A stretch of 64,000 bases of DNA from Ancylonema sp. (taxonomy: Eukaryota): assembly GCA_050230475.1 (NCBI GenBank), contig JBFLGF010000150.1, positions 1-64,000 on the forward strand. The letters are read 5' to 3'. Positions 51,501 through 64,000 of the stretch are shown here, one piece after another. The notes beneath the pieces are model-generated. The model ran no database searches. It was not told where the DNA came from and worked only from the letters and a program-made list of their open reading frames with translations. Numbering within the stretch: position 1 is the first letter of the stretch; each line of letters starts with the position of its first letter. Both the position numbers and the translations under genes were made by a program.

Positions 51501-53847
51501 CATGAGCCCCGCGCACACGCACTGCGACCAGACGCGCAACACGCTGTCCTTCGCCACGCGCGCGAAGGAGGTCACGAACTCCGTGCACGTGAACCTGGGA
51601 AAGGGCGGGAGGAGGGGCGGGACCGGGGCGGCAAGGCGGGAGTTGTTGAGGGGGAGTGTCTGGGGGGGGGGGGTTCAGATGGTTTCGGATAAGGTTCGGG
51701 TGAAGCAGCTGCAGCGGGAAGTCGCGAGGCTGGAGGCTGAGCTCAAGGCGGGCCCCACAGCCAATGACTACAGGGCACAGAAGCTGCTGATCAGCGAGGT
51801 GGGAGAAAGAGGCGGAGGCTCTGGACGGCGGTTCCCTCGGTGTTGACTCTGGGGGGGGGGTGTGTGGGGATGGCCATCCAGCTGGAAGGGGAGATTGCTG
51901 AGCTGGCAAAGCAGCGCGACTCGGCGAGGGCGCAGCTGAGGGAGGTTCAGGACTCGACTGTGATGCGAATGGATCCCAAAGCGGTGCGTGGATGCATTCC
52001 AGGAGGAGTACCCCAAACCCTAATCTTAAACCCTAAACCCTGAACTCTGCCTGTCTTCCCCACCTCCGCCAGGTACTCAAGGGGCCGAACTCGGTGCAGC
52101 GCTTCATCCGCCGCAGCGGAACCTTCCGGAAGGGTCCGAACCCCCGCCAGGTGGCAGCAGGCAGTATGTATCCCAATGGCAGCCGCGTGGGCCCGCAGAC
52201 AGGTAGCGAGGTGGAGGTGTCGATCGCGTCAGAGGCGTCCAAGGAGAGGCGGAGGTGGGGGGGGGGAGGGGGTGATGTGGCGGAAAGATGGAGAAGTAGG
52301 GAGGGGCTGGATCTGGGGGGGGGTTGGGGTTTGGGGTTCAGGTACCGCAAGTCCGTGACCCGCAGCTCCCTGGCTCTGGTGAGCGAGATCCGCAAACTGG
52401 ACCATCTCCAGGACGAGCTGGGCGAGAAGGCCACGCGAGCCATGGAGGCGCTGCAGAGGGAGATCGAGTGTCTGCGGCACGCGCAGCTCGGGATGCACCA
52501 CGACGCGGCAGAAACCATTGCCAACCTGCAGGTGGGGGGCTGGGGGGCTGGCACAGCTCTCGTGTGTGTGACAAATTATGAGGTTTGAGGTTTGGGCGGG
52601 GCCCGCAGGCCGAGGTGGCAGACATCCGGCAGTGGAATGACGGAAAGCTGGCTGGGGTTGGGGAGGAGGAGGCAAAGTGGGGGGCAGCTGGGGATGATGG
52701 GGGAGGCGCAACCAAGGGCACTGCCCCCGCCTCGCCCCCCAACCCCCTCACCAGGAGTGCTCTGAGGGACGAAATCTCGCGGCTGAGCGGCATGGGGGAG
52801 GGGAACAAGACAGACACCGCCATCGCTTCCTTGGAAGAACAGCTGGACAGCGCACAGCTCTCCATTCAGAGCATGTGTGGGAGGGATGCGGGGCCGCTAG
52901 GGGAGGCGCCACCTGGCAATGTGGGCCCGGGGGACGTCCCAGCATCTCAACTGTGGCCAGGGGGCGGCGGGACCGAGGAGGGAGCAGAGGAAGCTGGGAG
53001 AGGGGGGGAGAGACGGAGTGTGAGCGCATCCGTGGATGTGAAGCGGTTGCAGAGCCTGTTCAAGACGGCGGCGGAGGAGAACATCCAGAGCATCCGGAAC
53101 TACGTGACGGACCTGAAGGAGAGGGTGGCCAAGCTGCACTTCCAGAAGCAGCTCCTGGTGTGCCAGGTGTTGGAGCTGGAGGCCACCCCCAAGGAGGAGG
53201 CTGGGATGGGCTGGGAGGGCCGATCGGGGAGTGGGCGCTGCGATACGACCGTGACATACGCGCCATCGTGCAGCTGTGGGATCGCTGCCACGTGTCGCTC
53301 TCTCATCGCACGCTGTTCTACCTGCTCATCGACGGGGACGCGGAGGACTCGATGTATCTGGACGTGGAGCAGAGGCAGCTGGCCTGGCTGTGGGAGCAGA
53401 GCGAAGAGGAGAGGAGGCGGGGGGAGGTGCAGGTGCTGAAAACGAGGTGAGGGAGGAGAGGAGATGAAGGCATTCAGATTTGGAATGAACGGGAATTGGC
53501 GTTTTGGCGTTTTGGGGGGGTGCAGGCAGAAGCAGCTGCGGCGGGAGCGGCAGTTGATCGCAAAGCGGATGGGCGCGGAGCTTAGTATGGAGGAGAGAGA
53601 AGATCTGTTCGGCGAGTGGGACATCGCAACGTCATCCAAGCGACGCAAACAACAGCTGGCAGCCAAGGTGTGGAGCAACTCGAAGGACATGCAGGAGGTG
53701 GAGGCGAGTGCGCAGCTGGTGGGGCACATTCTGGGACTCGGGGAGGACGGATCCGGGGCGCGGGGGTTCTTCGGACTCGAGTTCAAGACACCCCTGGGGG
53801 CCTCGAGGGGATGGATGGCACAAAAATTCGACATGAGCGCCGTGTAA
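48576..53847 (+). CDS. NACK1: Kinesin-7, NACK1/HINKEL-TETRASPORE type, with C-terminal DUF3490-like domain; one apparent frameshift and one GG donor
   Basis: [24 protein letters not shown] (P-loop), [48 protein letters not shown]-type stalk [52 protein letters not shown]. Tail [25 protein letters not shown]. Confidence 0.93.
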
Positions 53848-55900
53848 ATTCTTGGATAGGGGCTATGGGGCGGCAGCCAAGATTGGGTGGAGAATGTGTG
53901 TCGCTTATAGCGAGATCACGGAGCAACATAATGTTAAATAGGCAGAGGCACGTGTGAGTGGGGAAGGCGTTGGTAGGGCCGGGCAGGCCGCAATAGGATA
54001 GCGGGTGGGTGTGCTTGTATAGTCGGTCTCATAGGACCGAGTCCTCAAGTGTGTAGGTCGGGAGTAGCGTTTGGGGTCAAATGACCACACAACGTAGGAT
54101 GGCGCTCTCATCATGTCATCGAGTGAGTGAATATTACGATCCCTATGTAGCTTGTAGAGGATGTCGAGTGCTGTCGATTTGATGTGTATTTGTTAGAATG
54201 TCAAGCTAGATCGTCGATACTGGAGAGGAGGAGGTGAAGTAGATGGGTGGTGGTTGGAGACGAACAATGAATGTTGTTTGTTACATTGGTACGGATGAGA
54301 AAGCGTAGAGGAATGGAATGGAACGCCTTGTCATCTCGAGGCTTGACATTGGAACATTTCTCGGTGGTTTTCAGTACACATCATTGAAGTAAGAAGTACT
54401 ACCTTGTCGGTGGCTGATCTCTCCATTGTTGCACAATATGTACTTGATACCGTGGCCAAAAAAATGGAGACTAGCATGCCCCGATCTGTGTTTTCCCTCG
54501 ATGTCAATATTTTTGAGCGAGAGAGTTTCTAACAAGGCTCTTTCAACAGGTCAAGCAATCGGACCATGGGGTCGTTCGATTCGACAATTGGCAAAGCTCG
54601 CAAATCTCAAATTGTTGTCTAGTTGTCAAGAGCATAGGAGTTGCACGAACTACCGATATCTCACAACATGAAATTACTAAATCTGACATCCTCTACCCGA
54701 ACATGCCAAATTCCAACACCTTGCTACCTCGCTATACATGACTTATATTCAAAGACATGACACGAACTACTCATACAGAAAGTGATACATAATGTCGCTT
54801 TGTTGGGTGGGATCTATCAGATTTGCACTCCAAGAAGACGACAAAAATCTGATTCAGATACAACTTCACCATAAGGCTTTGTCTCGAGGTGGGAGATGTA
54901 AGCATCTTGCACGTGTGAAGAAATTGCACCCACCATGCTCTCTGTGATTTGAGCATACTTTGGCATCGTATTAGTCTTGCCCCCTGAAAAATCGCCACAT
55001 ACGGCATCAAGACACAAAAACGACCACGCTTGAGGTACACGTGAGAGACGGGCGTATGATCCGTTAGTTCAGCTCTTCGTTCCAAAAGTAAGTGGTCGCA
55101 ATACGCCTCCTTCGCTTATCCCAGAATTCAATAAAACAACAAAACGTGAACACCCGTTCGAGAGTAGGGTAGGGAGTTTGTTAGTTGTTAGCTCAAGTGG
55201 GTCACCTTGTCCAATGATTGGAGAGTAGGGTGGGGGCGGCTTCATCCACTCGCCAAGATCATCTCGCATGTGCGAACGATCCGATGCGAATTCTCGCAGA
55301 AACTGTGGGCCACTCACGGCTCGGAAGAGCCTAGAGAAGATCTCGTATTTTAAGAATCAGGGAGAGATCTGGTCTTGGGGATCCCCGGGTGGTGGATGTT
55401 GCATGAGACGACAAACACTAAATAAATAAATAAATAAATAAAGAATGGATCTTCTACAAAGACTGGATTTCAGGGCGAGGCATGCCCGAGAACAACTAGA
55501 CAGCAAGGCAATTTCCCATTTCTGTTTAAACGATTCTCCCATTCCTCACCGCACGAACTCTGGCGTCAGCTCCACAGGTGACGCCCCTCCTCCCTGCAGA
55601 GCTTGGTGTACATATTGGGGGGCTGCCACCGGGAAAGGCAGATCCGAGTCTAGATCCCATACCTGCGGGGCTGGACCAACCTGCGGGGCCCGCCAAAGGT
55701 TTATCCACATTCAGGCATAGGTCTCATTGTGCACCCATAGGTTGTTTACAATTTGTCACCGATTGTGTCACTCCACATGGCTGTGCTGTGAAAGCGAGGG
55801 GGTTGATTGCCCTCGACCATTCGATTGACAACATTGTGTCAGTCGCAACACTCTTATGGGAATGACTCATTCTGACGGAAATTTTGGATTCGCAAACTCG

Positions 55901-55944
55901 GGACAGCTGCGGACAGCTGCGGACAGCTGCGGACAGCTGCGGAC
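55901..55944. repeat. (GGACAGCTGC)~4 decamer repeat
   Basis: Direct reading. Confidence 0.85.
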
Positions 55945-57320
55945 CAGGTGCGTTTTTGGGACCTGGACACATATCACGTGGTAGTCCCAAATCACTGGCT
56001 CGGTGGGCCCCACACCTCTCTGCTTCCAAAGTGGTACCTGCAAAACACAAAAAGAATTGGCGGTTTGAAATTCGGTTTTTGCTTCGGCTGTCTAGGAGCA
56101 CTGATAGCTAGCCTGTGCGTTTCAATGTTTTCTGATCGGCGATCTCAAAGACTTGCACTGTTCTAAACATACGATGCGTTGCATATTTTTTAAATATCAC
56201 TATGATCAAGATCACTCTGCGGTTGTGGTTCGAATCGAGGGAGCCGTCACCGAAAGTTTAGAGGTGAAGGCTGAATCGTTTGGGAGATGTGTAAATTATG
56301 AGAGGCAGTGAGAATTTCATGATTGTGAGGGAGTGGGAGAAAGCTGCATGAAACGTATAGAGATGAGTTGTAATTTCTCCCAGTAAGGCCGCCATGGTGT
56401 CCAAGTGCTCTGCAGTCCTGACCTTGTCCCAGGGGCTCATCGGGCCCCCTTGGCAGCCACTTAGAGCTGGTTTTGGGGAGGGCTGGAAACAGAATTACCG
56501 TTTTGAAAGAATTGGAAATGAATGCGACTAGCAGGTCAGAAGCGTCAGGTGCCGCAAGACCTCTCCGAACGAGCTCCGTGCATAGCAGGTACACATTCTC
56601 CTCGCTGCAATCACGGATCCAAACCGCCGTTAAATGGACAAATATAAGGGTGAACCATGACGTGGCTGTCTCATCAGTGCCTCTGATTGTCCTTGTGATG
56701 ACCTTCTGATCCCTCAGAATACCTCAGCATTCGGCATTCAGCATTGTAGTGGAGAGGCTCCTAGGAATACTGAAGTCGCTTCATGCGTATCACATGTAAG
56801 TAACCGTTACTGCAACATCTCTTGTCTGGTTTATAAAAGACTGCAATCTGAATGGTCGAGCTGGCGAAATTTGGAGGCGACGCATTCACGGGCCCTGCAC
56901 TGCCGGTGGCTCACTTCACCCGTGACCGGACAAAATTACTACGGGGGCCAGTCCCACAAAGTACAAACATCTCATTCAGCTGAGAGTTCTCGGTGTCGCA
57001 GAGCGCGTCGAAGAGTCTGCCTGATCTGTATAGTCGTCATTACTCCGCGCTCTGAGCATTGAAAACGAGGACTGTTCTTACCAGTAGCAGGGGGTGTAAG
57101 CGCATTCTTCAACAGTCAAATTGCGGGCGCCAGCGGCCACCTCTCGCAGCATATTAGAAACCGAGATGATACCAATAAACGCAGATTATCTATGGACTGA
57201 TAATGAACGTCTCAGGTAACATCTCGGTAAACGTCTCACATCATCCCCATGTTCTCAGCTCACTTGACTCTTGCAGCAAGTTACCGTCTTGCCAGATTGT
57301 GAAATGGAATTTTTTTATGA

Positions 57321-57348
57321 TACAATAAATACTAGTTACGGGCACACT
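57321..57348 (+). mobile_element. Solo degenerate TIR related to the pogo-like element at 2491-4005
   Basis: ta-caataaatactagttacgggcacact vs ta-cagtaaatactcgttacaggcacact (3 mismatches). Confidence 0.6.
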
Positions 57349-57910
57349 AACGTGTGCCACAATTCCAATCGATGGAATCAGTACATACGCGACAATTCCA
57401 GAACTCGCCGGTGACCGGGATTCCGCGTTTAAATGTCGTGTTTGGAAATTCTGCGTGCAATGAACGTTCATTGAGCGTTTGCGTATCACGATAAGTTGGG
57501 GGACAAGACAGAATACAATTCACGCGCAGCAATCAGATCTACGTACTGTACTTCGCATCGCAATCTGTGTCTCAGCTAGGCGCCGACTGTGGTCCCACTC
57601 TTGCAACGCTGCAACGCTGCAAAACTGCCGAAGCATACACAATGTGCTCTTCGGTGGGACGCGGAGCTGTGAGATCGTTGATGGATGGTGAATGTTTAGA
57701 GATCGCGAGGAGTTTCTAAGTTTCTAACATTGTTTCCCACGCAATGAATTTGTACTACAGACTTGTCAGAGTAGTGTAAGAGTAGAGCCTTATCTGGCAG
57801 AGAGGAGTTTTCCCCCCATTAAATCAGTATTTCTCTGGACCTGCGGTGGTTTTCCCCTGTAACCAGCTCGCCTTCAGGCGCTCTCAAATAAATTCATTGG
57901 GGAAAATAAT

Positions 57911-60900
57911 ATGGCAGGTCGAAACGCATCCTCCGCTTCCGAAGATCTCATCAATGTCTTGCTTGGCGACGACCTTCTTCTGAATGTTGTTCGCCGCCTG
58001 AACAGCGCAGGAGACAGGCGCAGGTTTGGCCTTGTCTGCAAACGCTGGCTGAAGCTTCACCGCACGACTTGTCAGAAGCTGAACGTGCTTCGAGCAGAAG
58101 CGACGACCTTCCTGGCCTCCCGCTTTCCCTCAGTAGAAGAGCTTGATTTCAGTCTCTGCGCTCAGGTACGACACAAACTTGTCGTTCTGTGGTGTCTGTG
58201 AGCTTAAATTTGTGGCTCAAATGTACAGTCACTCTTTTTTTGCCAGAGTGGAAACAATGCATGATCGTCTAGAGAGTGCTGAAATGGTATGACTGTGTCC
58301 TCTCTCCTAGGGGCTTTGCTCACGTTCTGTTTTTTTTCAATACTATGAAAGCACTGTCAGCTGGGAAATTGCATTGCAGCTCTACAGAAATGTCCTACAA
58401 ACGTGAAATGCAAGAATAAATTTTTGTCCACAGGTGCGAATAAGACCCACTGGGGTGAACCATTCGCGAGTGAACGTGTATTCGTAACCGACGTGTGCTG
58501 CTCGTGAGCCCTTGCCAGCCAGACACGGGACAGGGATGTGCTGCTGTCAGTTTACATGACAATTCGATCATTCTTTTGTTTGCCGTTGCCTCCCAGGTGA
58601 AAGATGAGGACCTCTGCCAGGTCACTGAGGCCTTGGGGCCTGGCTTGCGTAGCCTCAATCTGGCGAACAACCGTCGGGTCACACACCTTGGTCTGATATC
58701 TGTGGGCAACCACTGCCCCAATCTGCTACGACTGCAGCTCGTCTACGGCACATTCATCGACGTCGGGCTACAGGGCATTGCACGGTGCGGCAAGCTCCAG
58801 GTGCGGGATTCGTAAAGCACTGGCAAACATTGGGCAAACATTGGGCAAACAGAGGGCAAACAGAGGGCAGAAGGCCAACCCCGGGCGCGCTTTTGCGGAG
58901 TTCATGCGAGGGAGTGTAGAAGGACAGAGAAGCAGGCGCCAGCTGGCAGAGCAGAGGCATACTAAAGTGGGGAAACCGGAAGATGAATGAGGACTTGTGG
59001 GAGTCGAACTCCCCTCTGGCACTCATGCACGGCATGCTTCCATCCACCTGTTCCTCCTTCCATCTGTGTCTGGGACCGGAAGACATTTCTCCTGCACAGC
59101 TCTGCACGGTGATGTGATACTGTTGTCCCGCAGAAGCCCAAACAAGCAGCACCCCCCCTTCCCTTTGTTTGCGTGTCCAGCTGTTGTCTCTCGTGAACTG
59201 CCGCGAGGTGACGGATGCGGGGCTGGCCTTTGTGGCGGAGGGTTGCAAGGAGCTGCAGGATCTGAGTCTCAAGTGGTGCATCATGGTGTCGGACCGCGGG
59301 GTGTGCACGGTGGCGAAGCACTGCCGCCAACTAGTCTCTCTGGACCTATCCTACACCCAGGTACTCCACATCCATCGGGGTGTTGTCCTGTGAACAGGGC
59401 ATGAGGGCTGAACCTCTGTGCGGTGGCAGGTCGGTGGAGAGAGTCTGCAGTCGGTGGCCACTCTGCCGGGGTTGTGCCACCTCAGCTTGGTGTCGTGCGC
59501 CAACGTGAACGACAGCGCGCTCGCCCACCTGGCCGCCCTCTCCTCCCTCAAGGTGCTGGACCTCATGACCTGCGAGGGCGTGAGCGACAGCGGGCTGGCA
59601 GCGCTGGCAGCGGGGGCCTGCCAGCTGCAGCACCTCAACCTCTCCTACTGCCGCCAGATGATCGACGCGTTTCTGAAGTCCATGCGTCGCCAGCCCCACC
59701 TCTCCATCCTGAAGCTGGACGTGTGCAGCATCACGGGGGTGGGGCTGGCCGCGCTGGCCCTCACAGCCTCCTCCCTGCTCTCCCTCAGCCTGCGGCGGTG
59801 CGGGGGAGTGACAGATGGCGGCATGGCGGCCCTCCTGCCCTTCACGCCGCAGCTGGAGCACCTGGACCTCACGTGCTGCCACGCTGTCACCGACCGCACG
59901 CTGGCACTGGTGGGGAGGTGCAACAAGTGAGGGGGTGGGGCGGGGCGGGTGGAGCAGGTGGGCCGTCACACTTTGTACTCATCTGTGCATCGTGGCTTCC
60001 AGGAAGCTGCGCAAGCTGGCTGCGGAGGGGTGCACGCTGCTGACGGATACCGGACTGGCAGCGGTCTGCGAGGCGTGCGATTTGGAGGACCTGGACCTCA
60101 CGGAGTGCGAGGTCAGAGACTCGGGTGAGGAGGTCTCGGATGGGGGGAGGGATGGGTACGTATGAATAGAAGCTTGCATAAAATCCGAAGATCCGAAGAT
60201 TGTGCCTGTCTGTGGGTGGTCAACTTGACTCGAGTCACAAAACAATGAATTCGATTCACCCTCGATCACGTCCTTGGATGATTGAAATAACAAATGCAGT
60301 CGAGCGGTGCAGCCTCGCCAGTCAAGAAACACACGTAGTGCACAATCTGCGATCTCGTGGCTCGTGGGCGGAACTGGCCGCTCACTGCCACCTTCTGTCG
60401 TGTGTCCTCGTTCCGCAGGGGGTCAATCCATTTCGGATTGCAGGAATGTGCGCAACCTCAAATTAGGGTTCAGTATTGGTCTGAGCAGTGCGGGGCTGGG
60501 CTGCATCGGTATGGGGTGCGCACGATTGGAAAACCTGGATGTGTACAGGTACGAACGTACACATACACACGTCCCTATCTTTTGCAGCCCGCGTTGATGA
60601 GGGCACATCGACCTTGTGAGTGTATGCAGACAGTGAGGGGGTGGGGGGGGGTGGGGCGGGTGGGCCGTCGTACTTTGTACTCACTCGTGGTGCATCGCGG
60701 CTTCCAGGAAGCTGCGCAAGCTGGCTGCGGAGGGGTGCACGCTGCTGACGGATACCGGACTGGCAGCGGTCTGCGAGGCGTGCGATTTGGAGGACCTGGA
60801 CCTCACGGAGTGCGAGGTCAGAGACTCGGGTGAGGAGGTCTCGGATGGGGGGAGGGATGGGTACGTATGAATAGAAGCTTGCATAAAATCCGAAGATCCG

Positions 60901-62431
60901 AAGATTGTGCCTGTCTGTGGGTGGTCAACTTGACTCGAGTCACAAAACAATGAATTCGATTCACCCTCGATCACGTCCTTGGATGATTGAAATAACAAAT
61001 GCAGTCGAGCGGTGCAGCCTCGCCAGTCAAGAAACACACGTAGTGCACAATCTGCGATCTCGTGGCTCGTGGGCGGAACTGGCCGCTCACTGCCACCTTC
61101 TGTCGTGTGTCCTCGTTCCGCAGGGGGTCAATCCATTTCGGATTGCAGGAATGTGCGCAACCTCAAATTAGGGTTCAGTATTGGTCTGAGCAGTGCGGGG
61201 CTGGGCTGCATCGGTATGGGGTGCGCACGATTGGAAAACCTGGATGTGTACAGGTACGAACGTACACATACACACGTCCCTATCTTTTGCAGCCCGCGTT
61301 GATGAGGGCACATCGACCTTGTGAGTGTATGCAGACATGGACGCACACAAACACATGTAGGCTGTATGGCCTCATGTGCCATTGCTGTCATTCCCTTGGA
61401 TTGTGTTGTACACCAATGGGTGTGGATGGAAGGTTAGGGTTAGGGTTCTCCTTGAAAGAATATAGCCATATGAGCGTAAGCTCCATCAACGCCCCATACA
61501 CGCATGCTCTCCCTTCCACATTCCCCCAACCTCGCATTCCTTACCTGTGTGAAACCACCCACCAATCACATTCTTTTCCCGCACATGCGACCGCAGGTGT
61601 GAAGGTGTAGGAGACGATGGCATCGTCGCGATTGCCGCGGGGTGCCCCCACCTGCTCAACCTCAACCTCTCCTACTGCACCGCAATCACCAACGTCAGCT
61701 TCCAAGCCATCGCGCGCCACTCCCACCAACTGCTTAACCTTGAAGTGCGCGGGTGTGAACAACTCACCAGTGTGGGCCTAGTGGCGCTGGCCGCGGGCTG
61801 TCCCTCTCTCAGAGAACTAGATATTAAGCGTTGTCGACAGATCGGCGATATGGGGGTGCTAGCTGTCGCAAAGTGCTGCGTGGATTTACGTCAAGTATAA
61901 ACTCCCCCTCCTTGTTTCACAAATTTTTACACGTCTCTTCTCCAGTAAATGTCTCGAGAAATGCTTCCGTGTTTTTTGGAAAATCATGCACCTCGATCCG
62001 CTTGTTTCCCAAATAATCATGGCTGTCGATTCAAGCTTTCTTTTTGTATGTCGCTCTTTTTCCAGATATAGTTTACGATAATATGAGAGTTTTCTAGGCC
62101 CTCTGACATTGCATATCGTCGGCCGCTTCTCAATGTGTGTGTTTGACAGGTGAACCTCTCGTATTGCCCCGTCACATACAAAGGCTTGTATGCCGTTTCT
62201 ACCCTTCGGTGTATGGGCAATATGAAATTAGTACATAGCTCTCACGTGAGCGAGATGGGCATGTCGGAATCCTTGCTTGCTTGCAAGGGGTTGAAAAAGG
62301 TAAAGCTTTTAGGTAGACAACGAGATAGCTTCGCCCCTCAAGTTTGGGAGACGTTAGAAGGCCGGGGTTGCAAGTTGAGATGGATGGATAAGCCGGATCC
62401 GGAACGGCTGCTGCCAACGTTTGCGCTTTGA
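57911..62431 (+). CDS. F-box/LRR-repeat protein (FBL3-like, cysteine-containing LRRs)
   Basis: N-terminal F-box-like LGDDLLLNVVRRL..FGLVCKRWL, many LxxLxLxxCxxVTDxGL repeats, C-terminal NMKLVH..LKKVKL..LEGRGCKLRWMDK. GT-AG introns. Confidence 0.92.
59927..61337 (+). repeat. 705-bp tandem duplication of two LRR exons inside the F-box gene
   Basis: 60001-60632 matches 60706-61337, apparently exactly. The first ~70 bp of the two units differ. Confidence 0.93.
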
Positions 62432-63392
62432 TGTGGTTGTAGACACGTAGTCGTGGACCCTTTAGAAAAGAAATAAAATTTCAGTGTCAATTTTTCAATA
62501 TAATTACTCAACAACCTTTCTGGCCGAAATTCTGTGGGTCTTTTTTTTTCATTTCTGCATGCGCAACTAATTGGTCGTTCGGTTCATTTGGTTCGTCCAC
62601 TTGTCGGAACGCTAACCGACAGGCGACCGATAGCCCATGGCTACGGCACCGACTATCAATGCAGCAACTAGGCTTTTGCGGGAAAAAAATCGATGATTGG
62701 GAATTCTTTGACGTAGGTCATATAATAAGTTTTTTTTTAATGGGAGTGGTCACAAGAATTTTGTACTTATCCACGTGCCAAACGGCCGATAAGTCGAAAT
62801 TGCGTTAGAAAAAAAGATCAACGACATGATAGCTGAAGATCGTATGCTCTGGGAGACAAATATTGGATTTCCCTCTTTACACATCTGACCTCAAGGCTCT
62901 TAGCAAACGTGCCTATAATGCGTATACAAACACTCACAATCACGTTATTAACACAGGCATCCAGTTTCCCGAAGGTGAGCCCATACCGAGAAGTTGTTGT
63001 ACGTGGCTCGCAAAGGCGGCAATTCCATGAGATGAATGATTTTGATCATGATGATGAAAAAACACAAAAAAAAACCCAAGTAAGTAGTTATCTTGGGGGG
63101 GGGGGATAAATGCAAAAAGCTCCGTCTGGGATTGTATATGGCTGAAGATAAGATCCATTCTCGGATTTTGCCTTCAGAGGCGGTGTTTACCTCAATACCG
63201 ATCAACCCATAGTTGTGCGACATGCGCGGCACAAGTTTTAGATGATTGCATTTTTCAAAAATTTGGGGGGGTCAGGTATGGTCAATACGAGTATATCAAG
63301 TCATAGGAGAATGTACTAGAAATACTAGCTCAAAAAAATCATTATTATGCGGTCAAGAGAAAAAAAATCGGAATCCGGGACTAATGCATGTC

Positions 63393-63989
63393 TAGGGTTG
63401 TGCCCCGCCCGCATGAAACCAACAGGATGGGGTGGGGGCGGGTGAAACCCATTCGCCCACTTGCCCACCCGCCCACCTGCCGGTGGGGGGGTCCACCCGA
63501 GTGTGGGAGGTTGCCAGCCGCAGCCCACCCGCGGTTGGGAGGATGGGAATTTGGTGGTCAAGGTAAAAAAATCGATCTTCTCGCATTGGTAGTCACCAAA
63601 TGTTCGTTATAAGCACACCTTTGGGAGACGGAATTTGACGGTCCACGACGTACATATGTGCTAATATACTATGTTGTATATGCAATATGGTGTATGATAG
63701 ATATGATGACGTGACTAACAAACACACACTAGGGAACGAAATTCTGATTAAAAAAGGTGTGCTGATGACGAATATTTTGTAAGAAGACTGATGCGAGACG
63801 ACCATCTTTAGTACTTCATGCACCCGATTCCCACCCGCCCACCCGCCCACCCGCGGGTTGGCCCTCCTCCAGCCGCATTTTACCCCCCCCCCCCCGTGCG
63901 GATGGCCACCCGAATTTTATTTTCCATCGGAGTGCGGGTGGACATCCGCGGGTGAATGGGAGGGCGGGAGGGCGGGTCGCACAACCCTA
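63393..63989. mobile_element. hAT-superfamily MITE (~597 bp)
   Basis: 11-bp TIRs TAGGGTTGTGC / GCACAACCCTA. 8-bp TSD tgcatgtc (63385-63392) / tgtatgtc (63990-63997). Subterminal CCCACCCGC/GCGGGTGG repeats. Confidence 0.88.
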
Positions 63990-64000
63990 TGTATGTCTCA

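Noticed and set aside
62948..63232. ORF containing IHLMELP, identical to a VOC motif
   Set aside because: Only a 7-residue match; flanking residues show no VOC similarity and there is no supporting splice structure.

Overview
Eukaryotic, intron-rich nuclear DNA of a green plant lineage. The gene set looks streptophyte-alga/bryophyte grade, but the species cannot be fixed from sequence alone. Two single-N joins (10567, 12060) split the window into three pieces. Piece A (1-10566) is a diverged copy of 18563-28136. Piece B (10569-12059) is an apparently identical copy of 22600-24090. Piece C (12061-64000) is the main contig. Genes reconstructed by splicing GT-AG introns: VOC/glyoxalase-I-like protein (2 full copies, 1 partial), phylloquinone methyltransferase MenG (2 full, 1 partial), tripeptidyl peptidase II (3'-truncated), an MDR/enoyl-reductase-like oxidoreductase carrying an in-frame TAA, mitochondrial di/tricarboxylate carrier, Vps55, a DUF4336 protein, a NACK/HINKEL-type kinesin-7, and an FBL3-like F-box/LRR gene with a 705-bp two-exon tandem duplication. 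Mobile DNA includes a pogo-type deletion derivative (perfect 27-bp TIRs, TA TSD, HTH and PIP box kept), L1-like LINE remnants, a hAT MITE with 8-bp TSD, and a long-TIR (MULE-like) family. The most interesting observations are an inverted pair of these long TIRs bracketing the whole MDR gene, two unrelated inserts at the same site in the two duplicated copies, short introns with G-tract instead of pyrimidine-tract acceptors, and an excess of unrelated 8-bp-unit tandem repeats. No rRNA, tRNA or CRISPR array was found, and no clearly new biological system is demonstrated.
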